From IMG/VR virus record IMGVR_UViG_3300046507_000506, positions 29,642-93,641 of that record: 64,000 nt of DNA, one strand, 5' to 3'. Within the stretch, counting starts at the first letter, position 1. Each line of letters begins with the position of its first letter. This document shows positions 7,838 through 16,836 of this stretch, piece by piece. The notes beneath the pieces are model-generated. The model was not told the DNA's origin. It was given only the letters and a program-made list of their open reading frames with translations, and made no database searches. The DNA is from a virus. The translations under genes and the position numbers were made by a program.

Positions 7838-8614
7838 TTACGCGCCTCCCATGCGCAGCAGCGTCGCCTCAATCACGCGCCGCCCGAACGCTTCGAGAAT
7901 CGCATCGCCGTGATCGCCCGGCTCGACGTTCGCCAGCACGTCCTCGCTCTTCATGGAGTTGTACAGCGCGAGCAATTCCGGGCCGCTGAACTTCGCCGAA
8001 CGCTGGCGCGCCGCCGTTTCGAGCGCGTGAATGAGGAACAGTGCAATCGCGTCCGCGTCCGTAAAGCCTTCGGTCACGTCGAGCGAGACGTGTATCCCTT
8101 CTTCCACGCCTGCATCAATGCAGATACGCAGGGGAGTCCGGGTAACGTCGCCCATGCGCGAATTCAGCACGAAGCTCAGGTTCGGCAGGTCCACGCGCGA
8201 GACGTATTTCGCGAGGCTATCGGCCACCTGCCCGGCGATAGTCGGCGGCGCGGGTGCAGGCGGCTCGTCCGCTACCAGTTCCACGACCGTACCGGCAGGA
8301 GCCTGAACAGTCGCGGATACCGGCTCCATGGGGCACGGGCCACGGTCGCACGAGAGCTTTTCACCCGCCACGCAACGCGCACCGCACCGCTTGCAGGCGT
8401 AGGCCGCGACCGCTTCAGGCGCATCCGCATCCTGCTGGCCTTCAACGATGGGCAGGGTGCGCGTCAATGTGCCGTCAAGTCTCACCGGACCTAGAAAATA
8501 CGCCTCGCGATCAAGGCTAACTACGCCATTGAGCACGATGTGCCCGCCCCTCACCGTGATTTCGACCGGGCCAGTGCTGTCCGGGCAGACGCGAATATTC
8601 ATTACGCCGCTCAT
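7838..8614 (-). CDS. Hypothetical protein with Cys motif
   Basis: Likely start 8614 (ATGA overlap); CKRC...C...CP. Confidence 0.65.
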   Translation of the reverse strand: MSGVMNIRVCPDSTGPVEITVRGGHIVLNGVVSLDREAYFLGPVRLDGTLTRTLPIVEGQQDADAPEAVAAYACKRCGARCVAGEKLSCDRGPCPMEPVSATVQAPAGTVVELVADEPPAPAPPTIAGQVADSLAKYVSRVDLPNLSFVLNSRMGDVTRTPLRICIDAGVEEGIHVSLDVTEGFTDADAIALFLIHALETAARQRSAKFSGPELLALYNSMKSEDVLANVEPGDHGDAILEAFGRRVIEATLLRMGGA

Positions 8615-9153
8615 TGCTGCACCTGCGTCGGTTGTTGCAGGGCAATGGTGCGCTCGCACGCGGTGCGGATCGCTTCGAGCACGAGGCGGCGCTCAGGCGT
8701 CGTCTCGACACTCAGGCCATCGGCCGCAATCGCCTGAATGATGCTCAGGTGATCGTCGCTGTGACCGAGCACGATGGACGTTTCAATGCCGCGCACGAGC
8801 CCGGCTTTCTCCATCATCCGGCCAAGCGCACGTGTCGGCATCTTGCGTGCGATCTGTGCGGCCTGAACGACAGCAGCGGGCACGACTGGCGTTGCGGGCT
8901 GCTCGGCCTCGATCACTTCCATTTGGCCGTTCGCCCACGAGTCGTCCATATCGAGCGCGTCAGCCTCCTTGACCTTGACTGCCTGCGCCTTCACGTCGGA
9001 CCAGTTCATGTTGTTTTTCGCCCAGTCCAGCAGGTCCGAATCGTGCCCCGGATCGTTCGGGTAGTTCGCCCTGATATCGGCGAGCACAATCGCTGCCGGA
9101 AGATGCCACTTGCTGCCGTCAAGCGCTGTCAGTACGAGAACCTTGTTTTTCAT
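8611..9153 (-). CDS. Hypothetical phage protein
   Basis: LLDWAKNNMNWSDV segment; operon context. Confidence 0.7.
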   Translation of the reverse strand: MKNKVLVLTALDGSKWHLPAAIVLADIRANYPNDPGHDSDLLDWAKNNMNWSDVKAQAVKVKEADALDMDDSWANGQMEVIEAEQPATPVVPAAVVQAAQIARKMPTRALGRMMEKAGLVRGIETSIVLGHSDDHLSIIQAIAADGLSVETTPERRLVLEAIRTACERTIALQQPTQVQQ

Positions 9154-9179
9154 AGCGGGTGAGTTGGTTGGTTATGGGT

Positions 9180-9500
9180 TTAAACGGCCGCCTGAGCGGC
9201 TTGCTGCTTCTCTTGCTTCAAACGGTCCCTGCGGGCTCGAACGCGGGTCTTGATGGCGTCCGAGTTCTTCACGTAGTACTCGCGCTTGGCGTCCAGAATC
9301 CGAGCCTTGTGGCGGCCGTAGTGCTCCTTCACCGTGCGCCGCGACCGCTCGCGATTGCACTCGCAACAGATACCGCTTTTCACGTAGTGCTCTGTCTTGT
9401 GACCATCGCGACACACGCGGCCGTCATAGAACCGGACGAGTCCCGCAGTGCGCGCATCAGCACGACTGATTATCGGGAGGGTGTTTTCCTTACTGTCCAT
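9180..9500 (-). CDS. Small zinc-binding putative DNA-binding protein
   Basis: ISRADA...RFYDGRVC..GH...Y...G.C.EC then basic helix, as in N-termini of phage HNH proteins; AGGA RBS before ATG 9500. Confidence 0.7.
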   Translation of the reverse strand: MDSKENTLPIISRADARTAGLVRFYDGRVCRDGHKTEHYVKSGICCECNRERSRRTVKEHYGRHKARILDAKREYYVKNSDAIKTRVRARRDRLKQEKQQAAQAAV

Positions 9501-9511
9501 CGGTTTTCCTA
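9469..9511 (-). promoter_or_regulatory. Putative late promoter TAGGAAAA-N29-GATAAT overlapping a gene start
   Basis: Exact motif and spacing match. Confidence 0.5.
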
Positions 9512-9513
9512 AG

Positions 9514-11073
9514 TCAATGGTCTGCGTGTTGCGCGGCCTGCGCAGCCTGCTGATTGAGTGTTGCGAGAATCCGGGCGCGCGCATCCTCCTTCGCGCCGCC
9601 AGCGGCAGGCGAATCGAAGTCCTCAGCGAGCGAGTAGTGCGCGTCTTCGAGGAACACGAACGAGCACGTATCCCAAATGTCCGGCGACGGGATGCCGTCG
9701 GTGCGCATGTCCTCTTTCTTTGCGATCACGCGTCGGGCCTTCTCGTCATAGTGGTAAGGGATGCGCGAGCCCTGCTCAACGAGCTTGTCAACGAACGAAG
9801 CGGGCACTTCCGGCGAGATACCAAAGCGGCCTTCCTGCACGGCCCGCGTGAGGCCGCAGATAGCCTGCGCACGCTGGTTGAAATAGCGCTCCTTGTATTC
9901 CTTGGCGAAGTTCGGGTTACCCCAGTTCACCTTGCGGTAGTTCGCAAAGCCGTCGAGGTCGAGCTGCTTGCACACCACAAGGCCCATACCGCCCGCGTCG
10001 ATGAGCGCACCGGCGTTGGCGCGTTCGCGCGATTCGGTGAGCACATGGCCGTGCAGTTCGGCCGGGTTGATACTGTTCGAGAACACCGGCACAGAGACAA
10101 GCTGCGCGCGGCGCGCGTCCGGCCCGTATTCGCCCAGGCCGTTGACCTTGAACGCAGGCATAACCGACGCGTCGCGGTAGCCGCCGCCGCCCACGTCGAG
10201 CGGCAGAAGCCAGCCGTACTGATCGCCCGGCTTGATGACTTCGAGCCCCTTGCACGCCTCGATAGCCTTGCGGCCAAGCAGGAACTTGCTGCTGTTCTCA
10301 GGGAACTCGCCGCGCACCTTGATGGAGTACTCCTCCTCGGTGTACTGCTGTTTCTTTTCCGCGATGAACTCGGCGGACACAATCGGCGAATCCTCGCTGT
10401 TGAAAACGAGGTTGTTCCACCGGCCGCCCTTTCCGATAGAGAGCTTGTGGTGCGTGTCGTAGAAGAAACCGGACGGCCGCGTAGGCTGCGAGGCAATCGC
10501 CATGCGGTTGCGCTTGTCCGTCAGCGAGCCGGTGATGACGCCAAAGTTCTCATCCGTGATACCGCTCGCCTCGTCGCCGAGCCAAAGCAACCAGTCGCGG
10601 TGAGCCCCCGCCAAATTTTCAGGGGAGCCGCGCGGGGCCGTCTTTGCGATGACAAACCAGTTCGCCTTGAAACCCTTCACAAAGACGCGCTCTGTCTCAA
10701 TGGTGAAGTAGTCCCATATCCACGCCTGGCGGCCGTTCTGAATCTTTGCCGAGAGGTCGGCGAACTCCTTCCAGACGCCGTCCGACACGGTCGAGATTTT
10801 CGGCGCAGTGAGGATGGTGTTCGAGAGGAAGTAGCAGAGCAGGTGCCACAGGGCGATGATGGCAAAGCCCGACGTCTTACCCGTACCGTGGCCGGACGAT
10901 ACCGACGTGCGCGAGCCCGGATCGCTGACGCTGTCAAACAGGTCGATCTGCTGCCACGTCGGCTTGAGCCCGCATACCTCAATGGCAAAGCGGGTGCAGT
11001 CGAACGCGTACCGCTGCACGAACTCCTTGTAGCGCGGGTCCGCAGGCAGAAAGATGCGTGCTTTTGTTGCCAC
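9514..11073 (-). CDS. pacB: Terminase large subunit (P1 PacB-like)
   Basis: DPRY...PTWQQ...SVSSGHGTGKT Walker A, WLGDEASG Walker B, LDVGGG nuclease motif, SPDIWD. Confidence 0.92.
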   Translation of the reverse strand: MATKARIFLPADPRYKEFVQRYAFDCTRFAIEVCGLKPTWQQIDLFDSVSDPGSRTSVSSGHGTGKTSGFAIIALWHLLCYFLSNTILTAPKISTVSDGVWKEFADLSAKIQNGRQAWIWDYFTIETERVFVKGFKANWFVIAKTAPRGSPENLAGAHRDWLLWLGDEASGITDENFGVITGSLTDKRNRMAIASQPTRPSGFFYDTHHKLSIGKGGRWNNLVFNSEDSPIVSAEFIAEKKQQYTEEEYSIKVRGEFPENSSKFLLGRKAIEACKGLEVIKPGDQYGWLLPLDVGGGGYRDASVMPAFKVNGLGEYGPDARRAQLVSVPVFSNSINPAELHGHVLTESRERANAGALIDAGGMGLVVCKQLDLDGFANYRKVNWGNPNFAKEYKERYFNQRAQAICGLTRAVQEGRFGISPEVPASFVDKLVEQGSRIPYHYDEKARRVIAKKEDMRTDGIPSPDIWDTCSFVFLEDAHYSLAEDFDSPAAGGAKEDARARILATLNQQAAQAAQHADH

Positions 11074-11994
11074 TTACTCGCCCTGCCCGGCCATCTGCGA
11101 TTCAGCCTGAGCCTGACGGCGGCGCGCGGCCACTGAGTTCCGCCCGGCCTCAGCATTCGCGATTCCCTCCTGATAGACCTTGTCCAGTTCATCGGCGGTT
11201 GCCTGCGTCACAGTCGCCGTCACGGTCTGATCGATCTGATCGCGCCAGCCCGCAATATTCTTCAGCGCAAGGTTGGCAATCCGCGACTCATAGAGCCCGC
11301 CAAGTCCACCCTCAGTGAGCAATGCGGCTTGCAGGTCGCGCGCGCGCGCGTAGGTGTAAGAAAATTCCGGGTGCCTGAGTGTCACACCGTCCTCAGTCAC
11401 GGACGTTGCCCAGTCATGCAGGGTCTGCCGGGTGACGTCGATTGAGTCGGCGAAGCGTTCGAGTGTCGGAAAGCGATTGACGACCGTTTCAGTCACGGTG
11501 ACGGGCCTGCCGTCCTTATCCTGCTTGGTGACCTCTACCTGTTTCTCCAGGTCAATGCGAAAGTACGATAGCAGCATGTCGCAGAACTCGTCGCGGTAGA
11601 CAGTCGGGCGCCCTACCCTGCGTTTCTCTACCGGTGCGGCAGTCGATGCAGGCTCTACAGGCGGTTTGCCTGCCTTGGGTGCGGCCTTACCCTTTGCGGG
11701 CGTCTTGGCGGCTGTCTTGCGCGCCGCCGTGCGCTTTTCCTTGCTATCCTGTGCGGCTGGCTTCTGTGCTGCCTTACGCGCGGGCCGCTTCTTTGCCTCG
11801 CCATCCGGCCAATCCGTCACCGTGTGCGTGGGCGGCACCTTGCGCGGCTTCTTTCCCGGCGCGTGCTCGATCACTCCATCGCGCGAATGAACCGCCACCG
11901 TCTCGCCCCTCGCGTTAGCCTGAGCAATTTCCTTCTTCAGCGCGGTCGTCTTGCCTGCGCGCCGCCCGCCCGTCGTGATTGTTTTCGTTGCCAT
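11074..11994 (-). CDS. Terminase small subunit-like protein with long basic N-terminal extension
   Basis: GRPTVY...PTLERFA..IDVTRQTLHDWA...HPEFS...LKNIAGWRD; abuts the large subunit. Confidence 0.8.
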   Translation of the reverse strand: MATKTITTGGRRAGKTTALKKEIAQANARGETVAVHSRDGVIEHAPGKKPRKVPPTHTVTDWPDGEAKKRPARKAAQKPAAQDSKEKRTAARKTAAKTPAKGKAAPKAGKPPVEPASTAAPVEKRRVGRPTVYRDEFCDMLLSYFRIDLEKQVEVTKQDKDGRPVTVTETVVNRFPTLERFADSIDVTRQTLHDWATSVTEDGVTLRHPEFSYTYARARDLQAALLTEGGLGGLYESRIANLALKNIAGWRDQIDQTVTATVTQATADELDKVYQEGIANAEAGRNSVAARRRQAQAESQMAGQGE

Positions 11995-12009
11995 GCTGTG
12001 TGTGCGTGA

Positions 12010-12828
12010 TTAGTTTCTGAGATCAAGCGATATCTGTTGCAGCCGCTGTTTCTGCCTGCGACCTAGCCGCTTGCCGCTCGCCGCGCGAATCTCTAGCTCG
12101 GACGCGAACGGCACCGGGCATGCGCGGCCGGACTCGACGTCGTCGGTGTAGCGTTCAGTGAGGTAGGGAATTGCCGTCGAGCGACCGCTGCGCAGGTCAT
12201 CGATATAGGTTTCGATGGAGCGGTAGTGACTGACCTTCTGGCGTAACGGTGCGACAGCGCGCGCGAGGTCCGTTGCGGCGGCAACAAGCGTCGCGCTCCC
12301 CTGCACGTCATCGAGCCCGAATCGCTTGCGCATGGTCGTGAGCGCGCGGTCGATACGCTCTGCCGCGTCCGTGACGCGCGTGAAATCGTCCTGGACGGGC
12401 TGCGTCTGGTTGGTGTACTGGATCATGGCCGTCGCGAACTGTGCGGCGACCTGCCCCAATATCGACTCAGCCCCGCGCATGAGGGCGTGCTGATGAGCAA
12501 CGCGCGAGTCAAACTCCGTGTGCGGTGAGAGTCCGAGCAGAAAGTCCGTCGAGACGGCATAGACATGCGCGGCCTGCCGCAGGAACTGATGATCGCGCGG
12601 CGTGGGCCGCTCGCCGGACTCGATGAGGCTAATCTGCGTCGAGTTCTTGTAGCCAAAGTGCCCGGCCGCCTCGACGGCGGTCATACCCGACAGCACCCGC
12701 GCAACGATCAGGTTATAGCGCAGCGTTTCCAGTTCCTCAGGCTTGTTCTTGTTGCGCACGAAGCGCCGCAGAGCCTGTTTCACCTGTGCATCACGTTGCG
12801 CGTCTGTGACGGCTGTTCTGTTTTTCAT
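12010..12828 (-). CDS. XRE-type HTH regulator; candidate late-promoter activator
   Basis: ARVLSGMTAVEAAGHFGYKNSTQISLIESG...YAVSTDFLLG; occupies the lpa position upstream of terminase genes. Confidence 0.7.
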   Translation of the reverse strand: MKNRTAVTDAQRDAQVKQALRRFVRNKNKPEELETLRYNLIVARVLSGMTAVEAAGHFGYKNSTQISLIESGERPTPRDHQFLRQAAHVYAVSTDFLLGLSPHTEFDSRVAHQHALMRGAESILGQVAAQFATAMIQYTNQTQPVQDDFTRVTDAAERIDRALTTMRKRFGLDDVQGSATLVAAATDLARAVAPLRQKVSHYRSIETYIDDLRSGRSTAIPYLTERYTDDVESGRACPVPFASELEIRAASGKRLGRRQKQRLQQISLDLRN

Positions 12829-13298
12829 CCAACGAACCCCAGTATGCGGTCTACCTTCTCATTGACTACCGCGTCCAGTTGGGCGCGGGTGTATCGACAC
12901 AGCACTTTTTGCAGCAACACATTCGCCGCCGCGCTGTACAGCTTTTCGAAGTCTTCTTCTTCCATCGAGCCGAAACTGATGCTCTGCGGCGTCACGCGCA
13001 CACGGCCGCTCAGGCTCGTGCTCACGTCGAAATAGCCCGCAGAGATGGTCACATTCGCGCGGAACTGTTTGAAATTGGTCTGTACCTCGAATCCCTTGTA
13101 TTCCGTCATGGGCGGCTCCCACGACTCGAAACCGACCTGCAACAGGGCAAAGAACTTGCGCAGAAAGCGCGGATTGCGCACGCGCTTCATGTCGGCGCGG
13201 ATCAGCTTGCCGACGGGCAGCTTGGCCGCGAGTTCGGCCTGTTCGGCGTCGGCGGGCACGAACGAGCCGTCCGCGCGTTTGATAAGCAGCACTTCCAC
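12825..13298 (-). CDS. DUF1367-like phage protein
   Basis: RVRNPRFLRKFFALL...FR..VTI.AG....PQSISFGSMEEEDFEKLY. Confidence 0.85.
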   Translation of the reverse strand: MEVLLIKRADGSFVPADAEQAELAAKLPVGKLIRADMKRVRNPRFLRKFFALLQVGFESWEPPMTEYKGFEVQTNFKQFRANVTISAGYFDVSTSLSGRVRVTPQSISFGSMEEEDFEKLYSAAANVLLQKVLCRYTRAQLDAVVNEKVDRILGFVG

Positions 13299-13301
13299 GG
13301 C

Positions 13302-13793
13302 TCAGACCTCGCGCACGAGCAGGCTGTGCTCGCTCATCATCAAGTGCTTTTTGATGCGGTATTCAGGCGTGCTCATGCCCTTGGCGTCCTCTACGACCAT
13401 TTCTCCCACCTCGCCGAGTTCGCACTCCTCGCGGACGATGTAGACGAAGTCAGCGTAGTAGCGCAGCGCGGGCTTCTTACGCTTGCCGCCGAGGTCCACC
13501 GCAGGCGCGAGAACAAAGCGCACCTGGCATTGCAGGTCGCTGATCGTCCCGGCGAGTTGCAGCAGCACCAGTTCGCTGTACCGGTTTGCTTCACGCATGC
13601 TGGCGAATACGCGCTCGCCGATGGCCACGCGCTTGTTGCCGTACTTGGGAGTTGACGCGGGCACAGCCCCATCGTCGCGACGCTCACGCGCCGCCGCGTT
13701 GCGCTGCATGGCAGCGAACTGCGCTTCTGTGAGGCGCTTGCGCGGGCGCTTGTCGCGGCTTTTGATCCGGCGCATCTGCGACTTATTCACCAC
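13302..13793 (-). CDS. DUF1064-like PD-(D/E)xK endonuclease
   Basis: KYGNK...FAS.REA.RY..L...Q.RF.L...YYADFVY...VVEDAKG..T..Y.IKK. Confidence 0.85.
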   Translation of the reverse strand: MVNKSQMRRIKSRDKRPRKRLTEAQFAAMQRNAAARERRDDGAVPASTPKYGNKRVAIGERVFASMREANRYSELVLLQLAGTISDLQCQVRFVLAPAVDLGGKRKKPALRYYADFVYIVREECELGEVGEMVVEDAKGMSTPEYRIKKHLMMSEHSLLVREV

Positions 13794-14019
13794 GCACGCC
13801 CCGCTTCAGCCAGTAGGTGCGCACGCCCATGAGCCATGCGCCCGTATAGAAAACGGACAGCAGGAACATGCCCCATTGCCCGGCGTTGCACGTTGCATAG
13901 AGCCAGAAAGGCTGACCGGCGAGCCCGATCAGGCAGGCGACGCGGCTCGCTTTCAGACTTCCCACTTGCGTGAGCCATATCGCGAGCGCGCCGGACAACA
14001 GAATCACCGCTTGAACCAT
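13783..14019 (-). CDS. Small membrane protein
   Basis: GLAGQPFWLY...QWGMF; about 3 TM segments. Confidence 0.7.
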   Translation of the reverse strand: MVQAVILLSGALAIWLTQVGSLKASRVACLIGLAGQPFWLYATCNAGQWGMFLLSVFYTGAWLMGVRTYWLKRGVRGE

Positions 14020-14031
14020 GTATCACGCCCT

Positions 14032-14077
14032 ATAAACGCTTCTATACGTGCGATACATTATATAGACGCGTCTATAT
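14032..14077. promoter_or_regulatory. Two operator palindromes flanking a leftward TATAAT
   Basis: ATAAACGCTTCTAT 14032-14045; ATATAGACGCGTCTATAT 14060-14077 (perfect palindrome). Confidence 0.7.
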
Positions 14078-14083
14078 CAGCGG

Positions 14084-14311
14084 TTAAATTTTTTTGGCTA
14101 GGAGACTTTCGATAGCGGGCATCGTTTCCGGGTCGTTCTCCTCGATCATTGGGAGCAGGTCAATAAGCGCGCTCTCTAATGCCCGTATGCGTTTGCGGTC
14201 ATCATCAACTGCGCGCGTGTTCAAGCGCCGGTCATAGCTGCGCAAGGTGTTTTCCAGCATCGAAATGCGATTGCGCAGGATTGCCTCAACGCTCATTACA
14301 TCAATAGACAT
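14084..14311 (-). CDS. Hypothetical coiled-coil protein
   Basis: 75 aa, AGGAG RBS. Confidence 0.6.
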   Translation of the reverse strand: MSIDVMSVEAILRNRISMLENTLRSYDRRLNTRAVDDDRKRIRALESALIDLLPMIEENDPETMPAIESLLAKKI

Positions 14312-14318
14312 GTCTATT
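14303..14318. promoter_or_regulatory. Operator palindrome AATAGACATGTCTATT
   Basis: Perfect 16-bp palindrome matching the consensus. Confidence 0.7.
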
Positions 14319-14559
14319 TTCTCCTTTCCGGCTGACCGGTTTTCGCCCGTTGCTCGACGCCGCGCTGATATTCCGCCTTCACGAGTTCGATCACGGCCGT
14401 GAGCGATTCCCGGCCGCCGCGCTCCTCAATGCGCGCGTATTCGCGCCGCCGCCGCTCCTTCGGCATGTTCGCGAGCAGCCTGATCTGACAGCACCGGCAG
14501 AAGTTGCTATAGAGCCCGGAAAACTTCTCATCGAGCGGGCAGCGTGTCAGTGCATCCAC
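14314..14559 (-). CDS. Hypothetical protein
   Basis: CRCCQIRLLA motif; operon context; start uncertain. Confidence 0.55.
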   Translation of the reverse strand: MDALTRCPLDEKFSGLYSNFCRCCQIRLLANMPKERRRREYARIEERGGRESLTAVIELVKAEYQRGVEQRAKTGQPERRK

Positions 14560-14789
14560 CGCCGCTCTCCCGTTCGCGTGAGTTCGTGCTCGCTCGCACA
14601 CAACACCTCACCCGTCTCCTCGAACTGCACGTCATACACGCCGCCGAACGTCTCCAGTGCGTCGCCATTGGCCAGATGCATGCCGAGGTATCGCATGCGC
14701 ACCGTGCAGAGCTTGCCGACGAGGCGATGCAACGCGGTGCGGCGCGGCCGGTACACGAGCGTCTCCTCAACCTCATAGGCGAAGTGCAT
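14547..14789 (-). CDS. Hypothetical protein (MHFAYEVEE...)
   Basis: TGATG coupling to the upstream gene at 14789. Confidence 0.55.
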   Translation of the reverse strand: MHFAYEVEETLVYRPRRTALHRLVGKLCTVRMRYLGMHLANGDALETFGGVYDVQFEETGEVLCASEHELTRTGERRWMH

Positions 14790-15913
14790 CACGCGCTCAC
14801 CTCGTCGGGCGTGCACAGGTGCGCGCGACACGCGTTGCGATCCATGTAGTAAGGAAAATGCGGATCGATGCGCACGGCGGGCGCGCTGCACTGCGCGCAC
14901 GTCTCGATGTGCCTGTTCTGCATGCGGGCATCGGCAATCAGCATCGTCTCGCACGCGGACCAATCCTTATCCGGCACATAGCACTCGTCTTCGCCCATTG
15001 CGCGGAAGCCCTGACCCACGCGCGGGGCGTCGTAGTACTCGCCTCGCGCGAGCCGGTTGACGGCGTTCTGGAGCAGGCGCACGGCGGCGGCATCGCACGG
15101 CGCGACGTACGAGCCGATGAACGCACAGGCGCGCGGCTTCTCATCCTCAGTCCAGTGCGCCCGGTAATCGTCCAGGCGCACGACGGTGCCGACGGGCAGA
15201 CGCTGGCACAACACGTCACCCTCTTTCGTTCGTACGTTCAGCGTGCTCATGCCGTCGGTGAGCGCCACGAGGTACACGTAGCCAGTCGCATCGACGTGCT
15301 CGCCGACGTGCCGCCCCCATCCGTACAGCTCGACCTTCTGCGTGTTGACCGTACCCACCACAACATCGCCTTCAGGGCGGTCCTCTCTCGTGTCGAGCAC
15401 GTACGCGGCGGCGAGCGCTTCGGTCACGAACCGGTGCGCGGCGACGGTGTCAGCGACCTCGATGCGGCCCACCACTTCCAATGGGCTCACGGCCGGAATG
15501 CGCACGCCAGCGCGCCGCACGTATTCGATGCAGTCGGCGCGCGTCATGCCGCGATCTGCGAGCACGGCATACACCGCAAAACCGTTGTACGCATTCATGT
15601 ACGCGTCATAGCGGCCCTGCTCCTCAACGGGCACACCGATCACATGCGCATCAGTGTCGAGCCGGTAGAGGCCCGTCTGATCGACCACGGTAAGCGGCTC
15701 GGTGATCGCGGCGGCCGGGTCATTCAGCAGCACGACGGGCACACCAAGCCAGTCCATCGCGTCGATCAGGTAATGCGCGTCTATCTCGGCGCGCAGCGCG
15801 ACGACTACGAGCGGCAGGGTCTGCGCGCTGTGCTCGTTCTCGCGTATCGCGAGCTTCGTCGCGGCGAGTGAGGCGGGGTCATTGGTGAGCCAGCAAACGA
15901 TGCGACGGGTCAT
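14789..15913 (-). CDS. Fusion: degenerate PAPS-reductase/PP-loop-like N-terminus, 2OG-Fe(II)/cupin-like domain, Cys/His finger
   Basis: RIVCWLTNDPASLAATKLA...L.DRGMTRADC; HVD...H; CAQC...CRAH. Confidence 0.55.
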   Translation of the reverse strand: MTRRIVCWLTNDPASLAATKLAIRENEHSAQTLPLVVVALRAEIDAHYLIDAMDWLGVPVVLLNDPAAAITEPLTVVDQTGLYRLDTDAHVIGVPVEEQGRYDAYMNAYNGFAVYAVLADRGMTRADCIEYVRRAGVRIPAVSPLEVVGRIEVADTVAAHRFVTEALAAAYVLDTREDRPEGDVVVGTVNTQKVELYGWGRHVGEHVDATGYVYLVALTDGMSTLNVRTKEGDVLCQRLPVGTVVRLDDYRAHWTEDEKPRACAFIGSYVAPCDAAAVRLLQNAVNRLARGEYYDAPRVGQGFRAMGEDECYVPDKDWSACETMLIADARMQNRHIETCAQCSAPAVRIDPHFPYYMDRNACRAHLCTPDEVSA

Positions 15914-16836
15914 TACGCGGAGTCTCCGGTCAGGTGTTTGGGAACGCTGGTGCGCCGGGCGAGGTCGCGCAGAGCGGCGCGGGCTTCTTCCGGCATGGGT
16001 GCGCGGGCAGCAGCGTCCGGCACCGGATCAAGGGGAGTAACGGGTTGTGCGCGCGGCGTGGGCGGCTTGCCGCCGTTGTCGATAGCGGCGCGAATGCGCG
16101 CATGCCACGAATCATTCGACTCGCCGCTGTGCGCCGGGCCTACGCCCACCTCGATAGCTTTCGCGAGCGCAGTCTCTGGCGAACGGAACCAGCCAGCGTT
16201 TGCCTGACGCACTGCCTCTGGATTGCTCAACGGGTTGCGGCACCAGTTGCGCCACGTCGCGAACCAGTCTTTCATCGGCTTGCCGGTAGCGAGCCAGTGA
16301 TCGTGAAAAATCTCGGCGGTCAGGCGGATATGGTCGGCATCCCACCCGCCGCGCTTTTGCAGACGTTCATCGGCGAGCGCCCATTCGCCCCATTTTTTCG
16401 GCAATTTCCAATCATCTGGAAGCGCCGCGCGCTTCTTACGGTTGGTTGATGATTGTTGGTGGTTATTTGCGGGTGCACCACTTGTTGCACCCTTTCTGCC
16501 GCCAACTGCACCCTTTTCGTCGTCGCTTGCACCGTTTTCGCGGGGTGCAATTTCTGCACCCTTTAACCAGTCGGGGTTGATGACGTACTCATTCGACATG
16601 TTGCGACCGCCGTTACCGGCATTCACAAGAATGATGAAGCCATCGCCCTCCATCTTGCGAAGCTGGTATTGAACCGTACGCACCGACTGACGCGTCTTCT
16701 TTGCCAGTGTTGCGACTTTCGGCCAAATGTGCGTACCGTCGTCGTGTGCGTGATCGGCGAGCGCGAGCGCGAGCGTCAACTCGCCGCCGCCGTTTGGGTA
16801 GCGCTGCCACACCTGCGATGAAACAAAAACACTCAC
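15913..16836 (-). CDS. Phage replication initiator (lambdoid O/replisome organiser type)
   Basis: LALADHAHDDG..IWPKVATLAKKT.QS.RTVQ..L HTH; KDWFATWRNW motif; internal repeats. Confidence 0.85.
   Translation of the reverse strand: MSVFVSSQVWQRYPNGGGELTLALALADHAHDDGTHIWPKVATLAKKTRQSVRTVQYQLRKMEGDGFIILVNAGNGGRNMSNEYVINPDWLKGAEIAPRENGASDDEKGAVGGRKGATSGAPANNHQQSSTNRKKRAALPDDWKLPKKWGEWALADERLQKRGGWDADHIRLTAEIFHDHWLATGKPMKDWFATWRNWCRNPLSNPEAVRQANAGWFRSPETALAKAIEVGVGPAHSGESNDSWHARIRAAIDNGGKPPTPRAQPVTPLDPVPDAAARAPMPEEARAALRDLARRTSVPKHLTGDSA
16474..16564. repeat. TGCACC(C/G)TTT repeats; putative lytic origin inside the initiator gene
   Basis: TGCACC at 16474, 16486, 16507, 16528, 16555 (21-bp spacing for three), next to a strand-skewed AT-richer tract. 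Confidence 0.65.
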
